Positions 20,820 through 32,594 of a stretch of DNA of 64,000 nucleotides are shown one piece after another (position 1 is the stretch's first letter; each line of letters opens with the position of its first letter). The notes beneath the pieces were generated by a model. The model made no database searches. It was not told the DNA's origin and saw nothing but the letters and a program-made list of their open reading frames with translations. Position numbers and translations under genes: made by a program. The stretch comes from Mycobacterium sp. Its GTDB lineage: Bacteria > Actinomycetota > Actinomycetes > Mycobacteriales > Mycobacteriaceae. The DNA is taken from NCBI GenBank assembly GCA_018883075.1, contig VEQU01000002.1, forward strand, positions 8,911 through 72,910, read 5' to 3'.

Positions 20820-21014
20820 ACACCACCGCACCGCCGCCTACCTGTGTTTTTGCCCGTTGCGCCGCGCGCGGGCGGCTGCGGCGGTTGGACCTGCGGATGA
20901 CGCCTGTGGGAAAGTCTTCCGGGCGAAACACCCGGGGGTGGGTCCGGGGGAGTGTTTCGCGCAGGCGAAAAACCTAGAAACGTAGACGTAGAAACGCAGA
21001 AGGAGAGTCCTCAG

Positions 21015-22313
21015 ATGTCCCGTTCAGCTTCCGAGGTCGGCAAGCCCAAAAGCGCTGCGGAGATCCAGCGCGACTGGGACACCAACCCCCGATGGAAGGG
21101 CATCACCCGGACCTACTCGGCAGAGGCCGTCGTCGCCCTGCAGGGCAGCGTCGTCGAGGAGCACACCCTGGCCCGCCGCGGTGCGGAGATCCTGTGGGAC
21201 CAGGTGAACACCATGGACTTCGTCAACGCGCTGGGCGCGCTGACCGGAAACATGGCCGTCCAGCAGGTTCGCGGCGGGCTAAAGGCGATCTACCTCTCCG
21301 GCTGGCAGGTGGCCGGTGATGCGAACCTGTCCGGGCACACCTACCCCGACCAGAGCCTGTATCCGGCCAACTCGGTGCCGCAGGTGGTCCGGCGGATCAA
21401 CAACGCGCTGCTGCGCGCGGATGAGATCGCCAAGGTGGAGGGCGACACGTCGGTGGACAACTGGCTGGTGCCGATCGTCGCCGACGGCGAGGCCGGCTTC
21501 GGCGGTGCGCTCAACGTCTACGAACTGCAGAAGGCAATGATCGCCGCGGGTGTGGCTGGTTCGCACTGGGAGGATCAGCTGGCTTCGGAGAAGAAGTGCG
21601 GCCATCTGGGCGGCAAGGTGCTCATCCCCACCCAGCAGCACATCCGCACGCTGACGTCGGCCCGTCTGGCCGCCGACGTCGCCGACGTGCCGACCGTCGT
21701 CATCGCCCGCACCGACGCCGAGGCGGCAACGCTGATCACCTCCGACGTCGATGAGCGCGACCGCCCGTTCATCACCGGCGAGCGCACGGCCGAGGGCTTC
21801 TACCACGTGCGCAACGGCCTTGAGCCGTGCATCGCGCGCGCCAAGGCCTACGCCCCGTATTCCGACCTGATCTGGATGGAGACCGGCACCCCAGATCTCG
21901 AACTCGCCGCGAAGTTCGCCGAGGGTGTAAAGGCCGAGTTCCCCGACCAGATGCTGGCCTACAACTGCTCCCCGTCGTTCAACTGGAAGCAGCATCTCGA
22001 TGACGCCACCATCGCGAAGTTCCAGAAGGAACTGGGCGCGATGGGATTCAAGTTCCAGTTCATCACCCTGGCCGGCTTCCATGCGCTGAACTACTCGATG
22101 TTCGATCTGGCCTACGGATACGCACGTGAGCAGATGAAGGCCTACGTCGAACTGCAGGAACGCGAGTTCGCGGCCGAGAAGCGCGGTTACACCGCCACCA
22201 AGCACCAGCGCGAGGTGGGCGCCGGCTACTTCGACCGGATCGCCACCACGGTGGACCCGAACTCGTCCACCACGGCTCTGGCCGGTTCGACCGAAGAAGG
22301 GCAGTTCCACTAA
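21015..22313 (+). CDS. icl1: Isocitrate lyase 1
   Basis: KKCGHLGGK active-site motif; GAAGGAG RBS. Confidence 0.98.
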   Translation: MSRSASEVGKPKSAAEIQRDWDTNPRWKGITRTYSAEAVVALQGSVVEEHTLARRGAEILWDQVNTMDFVNALGALTGNMAVQQVRGGLKAIYLSGWQVAGDANLSGHTYPDQSLYPANSVPQVVRRINNALLRADEIAKVEGDTSVDNWLVPIVADGEAGFGGALNVYELQKAMIAAGVAGSHWEDQLASEKKCGHLGGKVLIPTQQHIRTLTSARLAADVADVPTVVIARTDAEAATLITSDVDERDRPFITGERTAEGFYHVRNGLEPCIARAKAYAPYSDLIWMETGTPDLELAAKFAEGVKAEFPDQMLAYNCSPSFNWKQHLDDATIAKFQKELGAMGFKFQFITLAGFHALNYSMFDLAYGYAREQMKAYVELQEREFAAEKRGYTATKHQREVGAGYFDRIATTVDPNSSTTALAGSTEEGQFH

Positions 22314-24153
<1,840 letters not shown>

Positions 24154-24170
24154 ATATCACGCCCCGGGTA

Positions 24171-25028
24171 TCACGCCCCGGCGAGCTTGCGCTTTTCGGC
24201 CTCGACATCGAAGTCCGGTGGCGGCCATGACAGGTCCAGGGACTTCAGCGCCTCGATCAGCAACTCGGTGACCGCCAGCCGGCTGTACCACTTCTTGTCG
24301 CACGGCACGACGTACCACGGCGCGTACTCGGTCGCCGTCCGGTCCAGCATCGCCTGATAGGCCTCCTGATAGGCCGGCCACAGCTTGCGTTCCTCAAGGT
24401 CCCCGGGGTTGTACTTCCAATACTTGTCCGGCCGTGCCAGCCGCTCGGCCAGGCGGCGCTTCTGCTCCTCGAGCGAGACGAACATGGCGACCTTGACCAG
24501 CGTCACCCCGGCGTCGACGAGTTCGGACTCGAAGGTGTTGATCTCGGCGTAACGCGGCTCCCACACCTGCGGCGGCACCAGATTGTGCACCCGGACCACC
24601 AGAACGTCCTCGTAGTGCGACCTGTCGAACACCCCGATGTGCCCGGCGGGCGGCAGCGCCTTGTTGATCCGCCACAGGTAGTGGTGCGCCCGCTCCTCCT
24701 CGGTGGGCTTTCCGAAGCTGGTGTAGCGGATTCCCATCGGGCTGCCCGCTCCCACCACGTGTTCGACGATGCCGCCCTTGCCTGCGGTGTCCATGCCCTG
24801 CAGCACCAGCAGCACCGACCGCCGGTCGCCCTGTCTGCCGTTGGCGTAGAGCATCTCCTGCAGTCCGGCGAAGCGCTCGTTGCGGGCGGCCTGGATGGTG
24901 GCGGCGTCGTCCTTGGTTCCGGTGAAACCCGGCGTGGAATCGGTGTCGATACCGGCCACCGTGTCACCGGGGGAGAATCGCAGCACCGTACTGGGCTGAT
25001 GCGTCCACTGCGACGGCAGATCGGTCAT
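24171..25028 (-). CDS. Polyphosphate kinase 2 family (polyP:nucleotide phosphotransferase)
   Basis: QGMDTAGKGG Walker A, FDRSHYE, WKYNPGD. Confidence 0.93.
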   Translation of the reverse strand: MTDLPSQWTHQPSTVLRFSPGDTVAGIDTDSTPGFTGTKDDAATIQAARNERFAGLQEMLYANGRQGDRRSVLLVLQGMDTAGKGGIVEHVVGAGSPMGIRYTSFGKPTEEERAHHYLWRINKALPPAGHIGVFDRSHYEDVLVVRVHNLVPPQVWEPRYAEINTFESELVDAGVTLVKVAMFVSLEEQKRRLAERLARPDKYWKYNPGDLEERKLWPAYQEAYQAMLDRTATEYAPWYVVPCDKKWYSRLAVTELLIEALKSLDLSWPPPDFDVEAEKRKLAGA

Positions 25029-25038
25029 CTGCCGAAGG

Positions 25039-25761
25039 TTAGTTGCTGTGATGTGCCCGGGGTGCGGAGACTGCGGGAGGCACCGGCGAGGGGTGCGGCC
25101 GGGAGTTGAAAATCTCCAGCGAGCCGCCCACCTCCACGATGCCGCACAGTGCGCTCCAGCACAGCATGGTGAGGTAGTCGATGAGTTCCGCGCTCGTCAT
25201 CCGCGGGTCCGACATCCAGGAGTGGGTGGCCAGTTGCACACCCCCGACGATCATGAACGCCCAGGGCTCCACACCGCGGGTGTCCATCCCGGCCCGCTGG
25301 ATGCGCTGGCGGAGCATCACCGCCAGCATTCGGGCGATGATCCGCTCGGAGTCGGCGATCACCTTGTTGCGGCTCGCCGAGGAGTTGGTCATCACGAACC
25401 GGTAGGGCTCCGGCTCGGCGGCGACCGTCTCGACGTACACCCGGATGACCTCGCGGGTCAGGTCGAACCCGTCGAGGTCCGAGGACAGCGCGGCGGCCAT
25501 GTTGGGGATCAGGGTGGTCTGGGTGAAGCGCATCATGACCGCGGTGGTGAGGTCGGTCTTGTCCACGAAATAGCGGTACAGAACCGTCTTGGACACGCCG
25601 ATCTCGGCGGCGATCTCGTCCATGCTGACGTCTCGGCCGCGGCGCCGCACGGCGTCGAGCGCGCCGTCGACCAGTTCGGTCCGCCGCTCCACCTTGTGCT
25701 GGTGCCACCGGCGCTTCCGACCATCGGTCTTGGTCGCGCCGGAACTGATCTGCTGATCCAC
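25039..25761 (-). CDS. TetR-family regulator (Rv0472c-like)
   Basis: DGRKRRWHQHK, HTH SMDEIAAEIGVSKTVLYRYF. Confidence 0.93.
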   Translation of the reverse strand: MDQQISSGATKTDGRKRRWHQHKVERRTELVDGALDAVRRRGRDVSMDEIAAEIGVSKTVLYRYFVDKTDLTTAVMMRFTQTTLIPNMAAALSSDLDGFDLTREVIRVYVETVAAEPEPYRFVMTNSSASRNKVIADSERIIARMLAVMLRQRIQRAGMDTRGVEPWAFMIVGGVQLATHSWMSDPRMTSAELIDYLTMLCWSALCGIVEVGGSLEIFNSRPHPSPVPPAVSAPRAHHSN

Positions 25762-25856
25762 TCTCGCCAGTCCGTCCCTTCCGATTCAGCCGATTCTAAC
25801 GGCGTTCAGAGAAAAGTTGTGACTGGCGGTCACAGTAAAGACCGCGCCCTGACGGG

Positions 25857-27200
25857 GTGGAAATAGCGGATGATGGTCGGGTGACCGCCAAACACCGGCT
25901 GCCCGCTGCGCCGGCCCGGACGTCGTTTGCTGAATCGTTCGCGGGCGCCGATCCGGCGGCCGATGCCGAGCGGGCGCGCAACCTGCGCCGGATGAAGGCC
26001 GTAGCGCTCGGCTTCCTGATCGGCGCCACGATTGTGTTCCTGGCCTGCCGTTGGGGGATGGCCAACGGCGGGCCGTCCTGGTTGGGGTACGTCGGTGCGG
26101 CGGCCGAGGCCGGCATGATCGGCGCCCTGGCCGACTGGTTTGCCGTCACCGCCCTCTTCCGGCACCCCCTCGGCCTGAAGATCCCGCATACGGCCATCAT
26201 CAAGCGCAAGAAGGATCAGCTCGGCGAGGGGCTCGGCACCTTCGTCCGGGAGAACTTCCTGTCCGCCGACGTGGTGGAGACCAAGCTGCGCGACGCCGAG
26301 GTGGCCAGCCGGCTGGGCAAGTGGATGTCCGAGCCCGCCCACGCCGTCCGGGTGGCCGACGAGGCCGCCACCGTACTGCGCGTCGCGGTGGAACTGCTCA
26401 ACGACGAGGACATCCAGCACATCATCGACCGCACCATCGTCAAGCGGCTCGCCGAGCCGCAGTGGGGCCCCCCGGTGGGTCGTGTGCTCAGTCAGATGTT
26501 GGCCGAGAACCGCCAGGAGGCGCTGATTCAGCTGCTCTGCGACCGCGCGTTCGAGTGGGCGCTGGACGCGGGCCCCACCATCGAGCGGGTGGTGCTGCGC
26601 GACTCACCGACCTGGTCGCCGAAGTTCGTCGACCAGCTGGTCGGCGACCGCATCCACCGTGAACTGATGGACTTCACCGACAAGGTGCGCCGCGATCCCA
26701 ATCACGAACTGCGCCAGTCGGCGACCCGGTTTCTGTTCGAGTTCGCCAACGACCTGCAGAACGATCCCTCCACCATCGCCCGCGCCGAGACGGTCAAGGA
26801 ACAGCTCATGGAGCGCGACGAGGTGACTCGCGCCGCGGAGACGGCGTGGAAGACCCTCAAGCGGCTCGTGCTCGAGGGCGCCGACGACCCGTCCAGCGCG
26901 TTGCGCAGCCGCATCGCCGACTCGGTGGTGCAGATCGGGGAGTCCCTGCGTGACGACGCCGATCTTCGCGACAAGGTGGACAGCTGGATCATCCGGGGTG
27001 CCCAGCACCTGGTCACCCAGTACGGCAGCGAAGCCACCACGATCATCACCGACACCATCGAACGCTGGGACGCCGAGGAGGCCAGCCGTCGCATCGAACT
27101 GCACGTCGGCCGCGACCTCCAGTTCATTCGCATCAACGGCACCGTGGTGGGTGCCCTTGCCGGCCTGATCATCTATTCGGTGGCCCAGATATTGTTCTGA
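25857..27200 (+). CDS. DUF445 membrane protein (Rv0473-like); start may be 25881
   Basis: ALADWFAVTALFRHPLG, DLQFIRINGTVVG. Confidence 0.92.
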   Translation: MEIADDGRVTAKHRLPAAPARTSFAESFAGADPAADAERARNLRRMKAVALGFLIGATIVFLACRWGMANGGPSWLGYVGAAAEAGMIGALADWFAVTALFRHPLGLKIPHTAIIKRKKDQLGEGLGTFVRENFLSADVVETKLRDAEVASRLGKWMSEPAHAVRVADEAATVLRVAVELLNDEDIQHIIDRTIVKRLAEPQWGPPVGRVLSQMLAENRQEALIQLLCDRAFEWALDAGPTIERVVLRDSPTWSPKFVDQLVGDRIHRELMDFTDKVRRDPNHELRQSATRFLFEFANDLQNDPSTIARAETVKEQLMERDEVTRAAETAWKTLKRLVLEGADDPSSALRSRIADSVVQIGESLRDDADLRDKVDSWIIRGAQHLVTQYGSEATTIITDTIERWDAEEASRRIELHVGRDLQFIRINGTVVGALAGLIIYSVAQILF

Positions 27201-27205
27201 TCTGC

Positions 27206-27231
27206 GCTAACACGTGCTTGCAATTGTTAGC
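27206..27231. promoter_or_regulatory. Inverted repeat upstream of XRE regulator (possible operator)
   Basis: GCTAACA-N12-TGTTAGC just upstream of the TACGCT -10 hexamer. Confidence 0.45.
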
Positions 27232-27253
27232 ACCGCGGCGTACGCTTGTTCTC

Positions 27254-27646
27254 ATGGCCCAGGAAACCGACCTCGCCGCCGTCGTCACCGGCGCCGCGCA
27301 GGACATCGGCAGCTTCATCCGCACCCAGCGGGAGGCCGCCGAGGTGTCGGTGCGTCAGCTCGCTGAGCGCGCCGGCGTGAGCAATCCCTACCTGAGCCAG
27401 ATCGAACGTGGTCTTCGCAAACCGTCGGCGGAAGTGCTCAGCCAGATCGCCAAGGCGTTACGGCTCTCGGCGGAGGTGCTCTACGTGCGAGCCGGGATTC
27501 TCGAACCGGGGGAGCGCAGCCACGTGCACGACTCGATCATCGGTGACACCGCGATCACTGAGCGCCAGAAGCGGGTACTGCTGGACATCTATCTGTCTTT
27601 CCTCCAGCAGAACGAGAACGGCCGCAGGGAGTTGCCCTCGGAGTAG
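27254..27646 (+). CDS. XRE-family HTH regulator (Rv0474-like)
   Basis: SVRQLAERAGVSNPYLSQIERGLRKPS. Confidence 0.93.
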   Translation: MAQETDLAAVVTGAAQDIGSFIRTQREAAEVSVRQLAERAGVSNPYLSQIERGLRKPSAEVLSQIAKALRLSAEVLYVRAGILEPGERSHVHDSIIGDTAITERQKRVLLDIYLSFLQQNENGRRELPSE

Positions 27647-27712
27647 GCGCGCAATCGGCCGCGAAATCAATGCCACCGCAGTACGTTTCACACCCCGAAA
27701 GGAACCAGCCAC

Positions 27713-28360
27713 ATGGCTAAGAACAAGAACGAGACCACCGTCGAGGACCTCAAGGCCCCGCTGCTCGCCGCGGTCGGCGCCGCTGACCTGGCGCTGGCCA
27801 CCGTCAACGAGATCCTGGTCAGCCTTCGCGAGCGGGCCGGCACGGCCGGCGACCGCATGGATGACCGGCGCGCCGCGTTGACCAGGCTTCAGGAAGAGCT
27901 GCCCAAGCGGACCGAGGAGCTGCGCGGAAAGCTGAGCAGCGAGGAGCTCCGCAAGGCTGCCGAGGAGTTCTTCGTCGACGCCACCGAGGCCTACAACAAC
28001 CTCGTGGTTCGCGGCGAGGCCACTCTGGAGCGTCTGATGGGCCAGCCCGAGTTCCGCGAGGCGGCGGACCGGGTGGAGGGTTATGTCGATCAGGCCGTCG
28101 AACTGACCCAGGAGGCCCTGGGCAACGTGTCCGCCCAGACGCGCGCGGTCGGTGAGCGTGCCGCCAAGCTGGTCGCCAGCGTGCCGGCCAAGGCTCCGGG
28201 CAAGAAGGCGCCCGCGAAGAAGGCCGCTCTGAAGAAGGCCCCGGCCAAGAAGACCGCGGCGAAGAAGGCCCCGGCGAAGAAGGCGGCCAAGAAGACCCCG
28301 GTGAAGAAGGCGGCCAAGAAGACGGTCAAGAAGACGGTCAAGAAGGTCACCAAGAAGTAG
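27713..28360 (+). CDS. hbhA: Heparin-binding haemagglutinin
   Basis: [18 protein letters not shown]-terminus, coiled-coil, Lys/Ala/Pro-rich C-terminal repeats. Confidence 0.95.
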   Translation: MAKNKNETTVEDLKAPLLAAVGAADLALATVNEILVSLRERAGTAGDRMDDRRAALTRLQEELPKRTEELRGKLSSEELRKAAEEFFVDATEAYNNLVVRGEATLERLMGQPEFREAADRVEGYVDQAVELTQEALGNVSAQTRAVGERAAKLVASVPAKAPGKKAPAKKAALKKAPAKKTAAKKAPAKKAAKKTPVKKAAKKTVKKTVKKVTKK

Positions 28361-28372
28361 TCCAGGTCGATC

Positions 28373-28391
28373 TTCCGGCGTCACGCCGGAA
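28373..28391 (+). terminator. Hairpin after hbhA
   Basis: TTCCGGCG-TCA-CGCCGGAA. Confidence 0.45.
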
Positions 28392-28435
28392 TGAAGTCGA
28401 CGTTCCGACGACACCCGCCTACCCTTGAGGACGTG

Positions 28436-28714
28436 ATGCTTCAGGGTGTGGCGGGTGTCGTTGTTGAACTGCTGTTCTGGGGGGTGCTGGCGGCCACGGT
28501 GTACGCGTTCGTCAACGCTGCGACCCAGCGCCCGGATGCCTACACCGCGGCCGACAAGCTCACCAAGCCGGTATGGCTGGCGATCCTCGGCGTCGCGGCG
28601 CTGCTGTCGTGGGTCCTGGGCATCACCGGTGTCGCCATCGCGGCAGTGGCGGCGGGCGTCTATCTGGTGGACGTCCGGCCGAAACTGCTCGAGGTCCAGG
28701 GAAAGTCCCGCTGA
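28436..28714 (+). CDS. DUF2516 membrane protein (Rv0476-like)
   Basis: [25 protein letters not shown]. Confidence 0.9.
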   Translation: MLQGVAGVVVELLFWGVLAATVYAFVNAATQRPDAYTAADKLTKPVWLAILGVAALLSWVLGITGVAIAAVAAGVYLVDVRPKLLEVQGKSR

Positions 28715-29109
28715 CCGCACGACTGCTCGCTGCATTCGCCGGCGTCTCGCTGTTGTTCGGTGCCGCGCCGGGCGCGGCCGCGGACACCGCCATGATCGGC
28801 CGTGCCGACTGGGTCAGCTCCCACGGGCTGCCGACCCTGCGGGTCTATCCGACCACCGCCGGTCGCGGGATCGCCGGCGATATCGGCAAGACACCCGCGC
28901 AGACCGCCCGGGCCTGGGACGAGGTGCTGGCGCTGGCGCCTGATGCCGACACCGCCGGGATGCGCGCACAGTTTCTCTGCCACTGGAACTTCGCCGAGTT
29001 CGCCCAGCCCGGCAAGACCAGCTGGGATCTCGAGCCGTGGCGCCCGCCGGTGAACGACGACGTCATGCTGCTGGCAGGTTGTAATCCCGGCGGTGCCGAA
29101 CTGTCCTGA
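28711..29109 (+). CDS. DUF2599 secreted protein (Rv0477-like); start uncertain (CTG)
   Basis: Signal peptide ending [32 protein letters not shown]. Confidence 0.82.
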   Translation: MTARLLAAFAGVSLLFGAAPGAAADTAMIGRADWVSSHGLPTLRVYPTTAGRGIAGDIGKTPAQTARAWDEVLALAPDADTAGMRAQFLCHWNFAEFAQPGKTSWDLEPWRPPVNDDVMLLAGCNPGGAELS

Positions 29110-29133
29110 CGCGCGTGCCTGAGCCCCGCCCGG

Positions 29134-29949
29134 TCACACGCCGGCGAAGCAGGGATCCTGCGCGCCGTTGGGGATGGCCGCATCCCGGGTGACGTACTTG
29201 GCCGTCACACCGCTGTCGGTCACGCCCACGCTCTCGGCGTGGATGCCCATCGGCAGGTTGGCGGTCAGCGCCGTCGTGAACGCGTCCAGCGCCGGCTGGA
29301 CCGACTCGCTGGGAAGCGTGAAGCCCAGTCCTGTCACGCCCACCACCTGAAGCGCCAGCTGCTCGTCGACCACCCGCGGCGCGATCGTCACCGTGCCCAG
29401 CGGCCCCTGCAGTTCCAGGGTGCCTGCCGCGGGTTGTGCGGTGACGCCGCTGACCAGACCGCCCAGCAGCGGGATCATGCCCTGAACGGTCTGCTTGATG
29501 CCGTCCGCCGACCACGTCACATCGGCATCCAGCGCGCCGAGCGTTCCCGCCGAATCCGCGGTCGGATTCATCCGCACGTCGTCGAGCCGCAGCCGCAGCT
29601 TCATTCCCTTGGCCTCACGGATCTGGTTGCCGGCGGTCTCCACCACCATGTCGCGGTAGCTGTGGGTGAAATGCTGGATCAGGAACGGCCGCAACCCGAA
29701 TGACGCGCTCGCGCCGTCCTTCACCACACAACTGACGGCGCTGGCCACCACCGTGTTGGCCCGGTGGCGGGCATAGAGTTCACCGCCCAGCACCGCTGCC
29801 AGCGCGACCGCGCCGACGATAACCAGCACCAGTGCCACCGACAGGGGATCGCGGCGGCCGGACTCCTCGGTCTCCAACGGGATCTGCCGGGTGGGCTGCT
29901 CGGGGAATTCGGCACCGGGCGGCGTCGGGTCCGGCGGGGGCGTCGTCAC
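29134..29949 (-). CDS. LmeA/DUF2993-family protein (Rv0479c-like)
   Basis: Single TM, ELYARHRA, TAGNQIREAKGM, C-terminal DPCF. Confidence 0.85.
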   Translation of the reverse strand: MTTPPPDPTPPGAEFPEQPTRQIPLETEESGRRDPLSVALVLVIVGAVALAAVLGGELYARHRANTVVASAVSCVVKDGASASFGLRPFLIQHFTHSYRDMVVETAGNQIREAKGMKLRLRLDDVRMNPTADSAGTLGALDADVTWSADGIKQTVQGMIPLLGGLVSGVTAQPAAGTLELQGPLGTVTIAPRVVDEQLALQVVGVTGLGFTLPSESVQPALDAFTTALTANLPMGIHAESVGVTDSGVTAKYVTRDAAIPNGAQDPCFAGV

Positions 29950-29967
29950 CCGCGCGATTCTGCCCTA

Positions 29968-30768
29968 TCAGTCTGTGCGAACGGTAAGCCTGTTGCGCAG
30001 CACCGGCAGGACCTCCCGCACACCGGCCACGCCAGCGACGTCGATATCGGCGAGCAACAGCTGCGGGTCCGGCCCTGCGCAAGCGAGCACCGCGCCGAGC
30101 GGTGAGACCACCAGGCTGCCACCCACGCCGGTGGGTGCCGCCGCAGCCGCCGCGAGTTGCGGGCCGGGATCGGCCTGCCCGGCCGCGGCGATGAAACATG
30201 TCGAGTCCAGTGCCCGGGCGCGCGCGAGCACCGTCCACTGGTCGAGCTTGCCGGGCCCGGCTCCCCACGAGGCGCTCACGGTGATCACCGACGCGCCACG
30301 GTCGGCCAGCCCGGTGTAAAGCTCCGGGAAGCGAATGTCGTAGCACAGTGTGATGCCGACCCCGACGCCGTCGACGTCCACGACGACGAGGCGGTGTCCG
30401 GGTGCGATGGTCTGTGACTCGGTGAACCCGAACGCATCGAAGAGGTGGATCTTGTCGTAGCGGTCCTCCACCCCGCCGCCGGTGGCGAGCACGGTGTTGG
30501 TGACCCGCCCGTCCGGTGCGGGGGTGAACATTCCGGCGAAGACGGTGACTCCCGCGTCGGCGGCGATACGCCGCACACCGTCCGCCCACGGGCCGTCGAT
30601 CGGTTGTGCCACCGGCGCCAGTGGAACGCCGAATCGGCACATGGTGCCCTCCGGGAACACCACCAGCCGCGCGCCGGCGTCGGCCGCGCGGCGGGTGCAG
30701 TCCCTCACCACGGTGAGGTTCGCCGCGGGGTCGGTGCCCGAGAGGATCTGTGCGCACGCAATCCGCAT
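29968..30768 (-). CDS. Carbon-nitrogen hydrolase (nitrilase family; Rv0480c-like)
   Basis: VFPE, YDKIHLFDAFG, CYDIRFPE catalytic triad. Confidence 0.93.
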   Translation of the reverse strand: MRIACAQILSGTDPAANLTVVRDCTRRAADAGARLVVFPEGTMCRFGVPLAPVAQPIDGPWADGVRRIAADAGVTVFAGMFTPAPDGRVTNTVLATGGGVEDRYDKIHLFDAFGFTESQTIAPGHRLVVVDVDGVGVGITLCYDIRFPELYTGLADRGASVITVSASWGAGPGKLDQWTVLARARALDSTCFIAAAGQADPGPQLAAAAAAPTGVGGSLVVSPLGAVLACAGPDPQLLLADIDVAGVAGVREVLPVLRNRLTVRTD

Positions 30769-30772
30769 CGGT

Positions 30773-31534
30773 TCAGCCTACGGCCACCACATCCCACGGC
30801 ACGGTGAGAACGGCGTCGCGTGTGCTGCGCCGCTGCGGCTCGGCCGGTATGCCTGCGGCGGCCAGCGACGCGAGCATCGCCCGCCAGCGGGCCCGCGGTC
30901 CGAACGCCGACTGGGCCGCGGCCGCCGCCCATGCGCGGTCCGCCGCGGCCAGCAGCTCATGGATTTGCCGGCCCGGAACATTCTGGTGGATAAGGACTTT
31001 CGGCAAACGCTCAGCCAGGTCCGACGGGCGGTCGATGTGTCGGGGGTCGCAGGCCAGGGTGAGACTTATCGGCCGGTGCTTGTCGAGCAGTACCCAGGCG
31101 GCGCGGCGGCCGATTTCGTCGCAGGTCCCGTCCACGATCACTCCGGACGGGGCGAGCTGAGCCTGCATGGTCCGCCACGCGGGCTCCACCTCGTCGACCG
31201 GATACTGGCGCAGCACGTTGAACGCGCGCACCAGCACCGGGTGCAGGCCGGCCAGTTCGAAGCCGCCCAGCGCGAACCGCACCCGTGGTTCCTGGCTGCT
31301 CGCGGCCGCCACCCGATCCGGGTCGATCTCCAGACCCACCACCTGCACCCTCGGAGCCGCCGCGCGCAACCGGGCGGCGAGTTCGGAGGTGGTCACCGGC
31401 AGCGCGCCGTAACCGAGATCGACGACCAGTGGCTCCTCGGCGGAGTCCAGCGCGGCTCGGACCCGCTGTGATCCGATAAGCCAGCGGTCGACGCGCCGCA
31501 ACCGGTTGGCCGCGGTCGTGCCGCGCGTTGGCAT
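30773..31534 (-). CDS. Class I SAM-dependent methyltransferase-like protein (start uncertain)
   Basis: TRGTTAANRLRR, VVDLGYGA, GLEIDP, RLPKVLIHQN. Confidence 0.82.
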   Translation of the reverse strand: MPTRGTTAANRLRRVDRWLIGSQRVRAALDSAEEPLVVDLGYGALPVTTSELAARLRAAAPRVQVVGLEIDPDRVAAASSQEPRVRFALGGFELAGLHPVLVRAFNVLRQYPVDEVEPAWRTMQAQLAPSGVIVDGTCDEIGRRAAWVLLDKHRPISLTLACDPRHIDRPSDLAERLPKVLIHQNVPGRQIHELLAAADRAWAAAAAQSAFGPRARWRAMLASLAAAGIPAEPQRRSTRDAVLTVPWDVVAVG

Positions 31535-31556
31535 ACCGACCGGGCGTGCCGGGCGC

Positions 31557-32072
31557 CTAGTGATGGCCGGCGATCCAATCGGCGGTGAACTCGCCCTCGT
31601 TAGCGAACAGTGTCTGCAGACCACCCAGCACCAACTGTTCGATCTGTCCGCCGATCAGCGGTGCGCGCACCGTGCACTCGGTCTGCAGCCGCATCCGGCT
31701 ACCGGTCTCGGTGTCGGCCAGCAGGTACTCGCCGCGGATGTCGACCGGTGCCACCGGCACCGCTGCCCGGTAGTGGCCCGTCGCCTGCTGTACGGAGGGC
31801 ACGAACGGTTCGAAATGCTGCTCGCGGGTGACGACGAAGGTGCTCGGAACCACCGCGCGCGCGATCACCGGCAGGTCCGTCGCGTGCAGGATGTGGTTGA
31901 ACGCGATGTCGGTTCCGCGCTCACCGGAGGAGAAGTGGGCGATCTCGGCGTTGGCCCCGTGCTGCTCGTAGAACACCACGAGGTCCTGCCAGTACCGCTC
32001 GGTGGTGAAGTCGGCGTACATCACCGCGGCGGGCACGCCGACGTCGACGTCGAAGATCATCCGGCGCCCCAT
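31557..32072 (-). CDS. DUF2505 (SRPBCC-like) protein
   Basis: C-terminal VRAPLIGGQIE...EGEFTADWI; tandem paralogue of next gene. Confidence 0.85.
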   Translation of the reverse strand: MGRRMIFDVDVGVPAAVMYADFTTERYWQDLVVFYEQHGANAEIAHFSSGERGTDIAFNHILHATDLPVIARAVVPSTFVVTREQHFEPFVPSVQQATGHYRAAVPVAPVDIRGEYLLADTETGSRMRLQTECTVRAPLIGGQIEQLVLGGLQTLFANEGEFTADWIAGHH

Positions 32073-32073
32073 G

Positions 32074-32589
32074 TCAGTGGTTCTCCGCTATCCACTCGGT
32101 GGTGAACCGTTGTTCGGCGATCAGCAGATTGATCAGCTGGTTGCCGATGAAGTTCTCCAGCTTGCGGCCCACCAGCGGAACGCGCACCTCGACAGCGCCG
32201 CGAAACTCGAGCCGAGTCTGGGCATCCGCGTCCTCGGCGGCCGGTGCGAGTTCGGCGACCCCGGTCAGCGATACCGGCGCCCCAGTGATACTGCCGGCCA
32301 CCTCGGCGGTGGCGTGGGTGCCGCTGACCGGCGTCCAGGTCTCCTCGCGGGTGATCACCAGATCGCCGCGGTGGAATTGCGTAACCACGCCGGGCAACCG
32401 GTGGGTGGCGAGCACCTGGACGGTGACGACGTCGATCCCGTTGTCGGTGACGTCGAGACGCTCCAGGGTCGCCTCGTCGGCGCCGGAACCCTTCAGCCTC
32501 GCCTGCCAGTACCGTTCGTCACCGAACGCCCGGTAGACCTGCGCCACACTCGTCGGGTAGTCGGTGGCCATGTCGAATGAACGTGGCAT
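32074..32589 (-). CDS. DUF2505 protein (Rv0481c-like)
   Basis: MPRSFDM..., VRVPLVGRKLE...EQRFTTEWI. Confidence 0.88.
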   Translation of the reverse strand: MPRSFDMATDYPTSVAQVYRAFGDERYWQARLKGSGADEATLERLDVTDNGIDVVTVQVLATHRLPGVVTQFHRGDLVITREETWTPVSGTHATAEVAGSITGAPVSLTGVAELAPAAEDADAQTRLEFRGAVEVRVPLVGRKLENFIGNQLINLLIAEQRFTTEWIAENH

Positions 32590-32594
32590 AGCTG

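Noticed and set aside
24154-24170. No pcaA after umaA
   Set aside because: umaA followed by ppk2 is the arrangement I recall for rapid growers; pcaA-type genes lie elsewhere
31557-32589. Tandem DUF2505 paralogues as a novelty
   Set aside because: A tandem pair before murB is, to my knowledge, common in non-tuberculous mycobacteria
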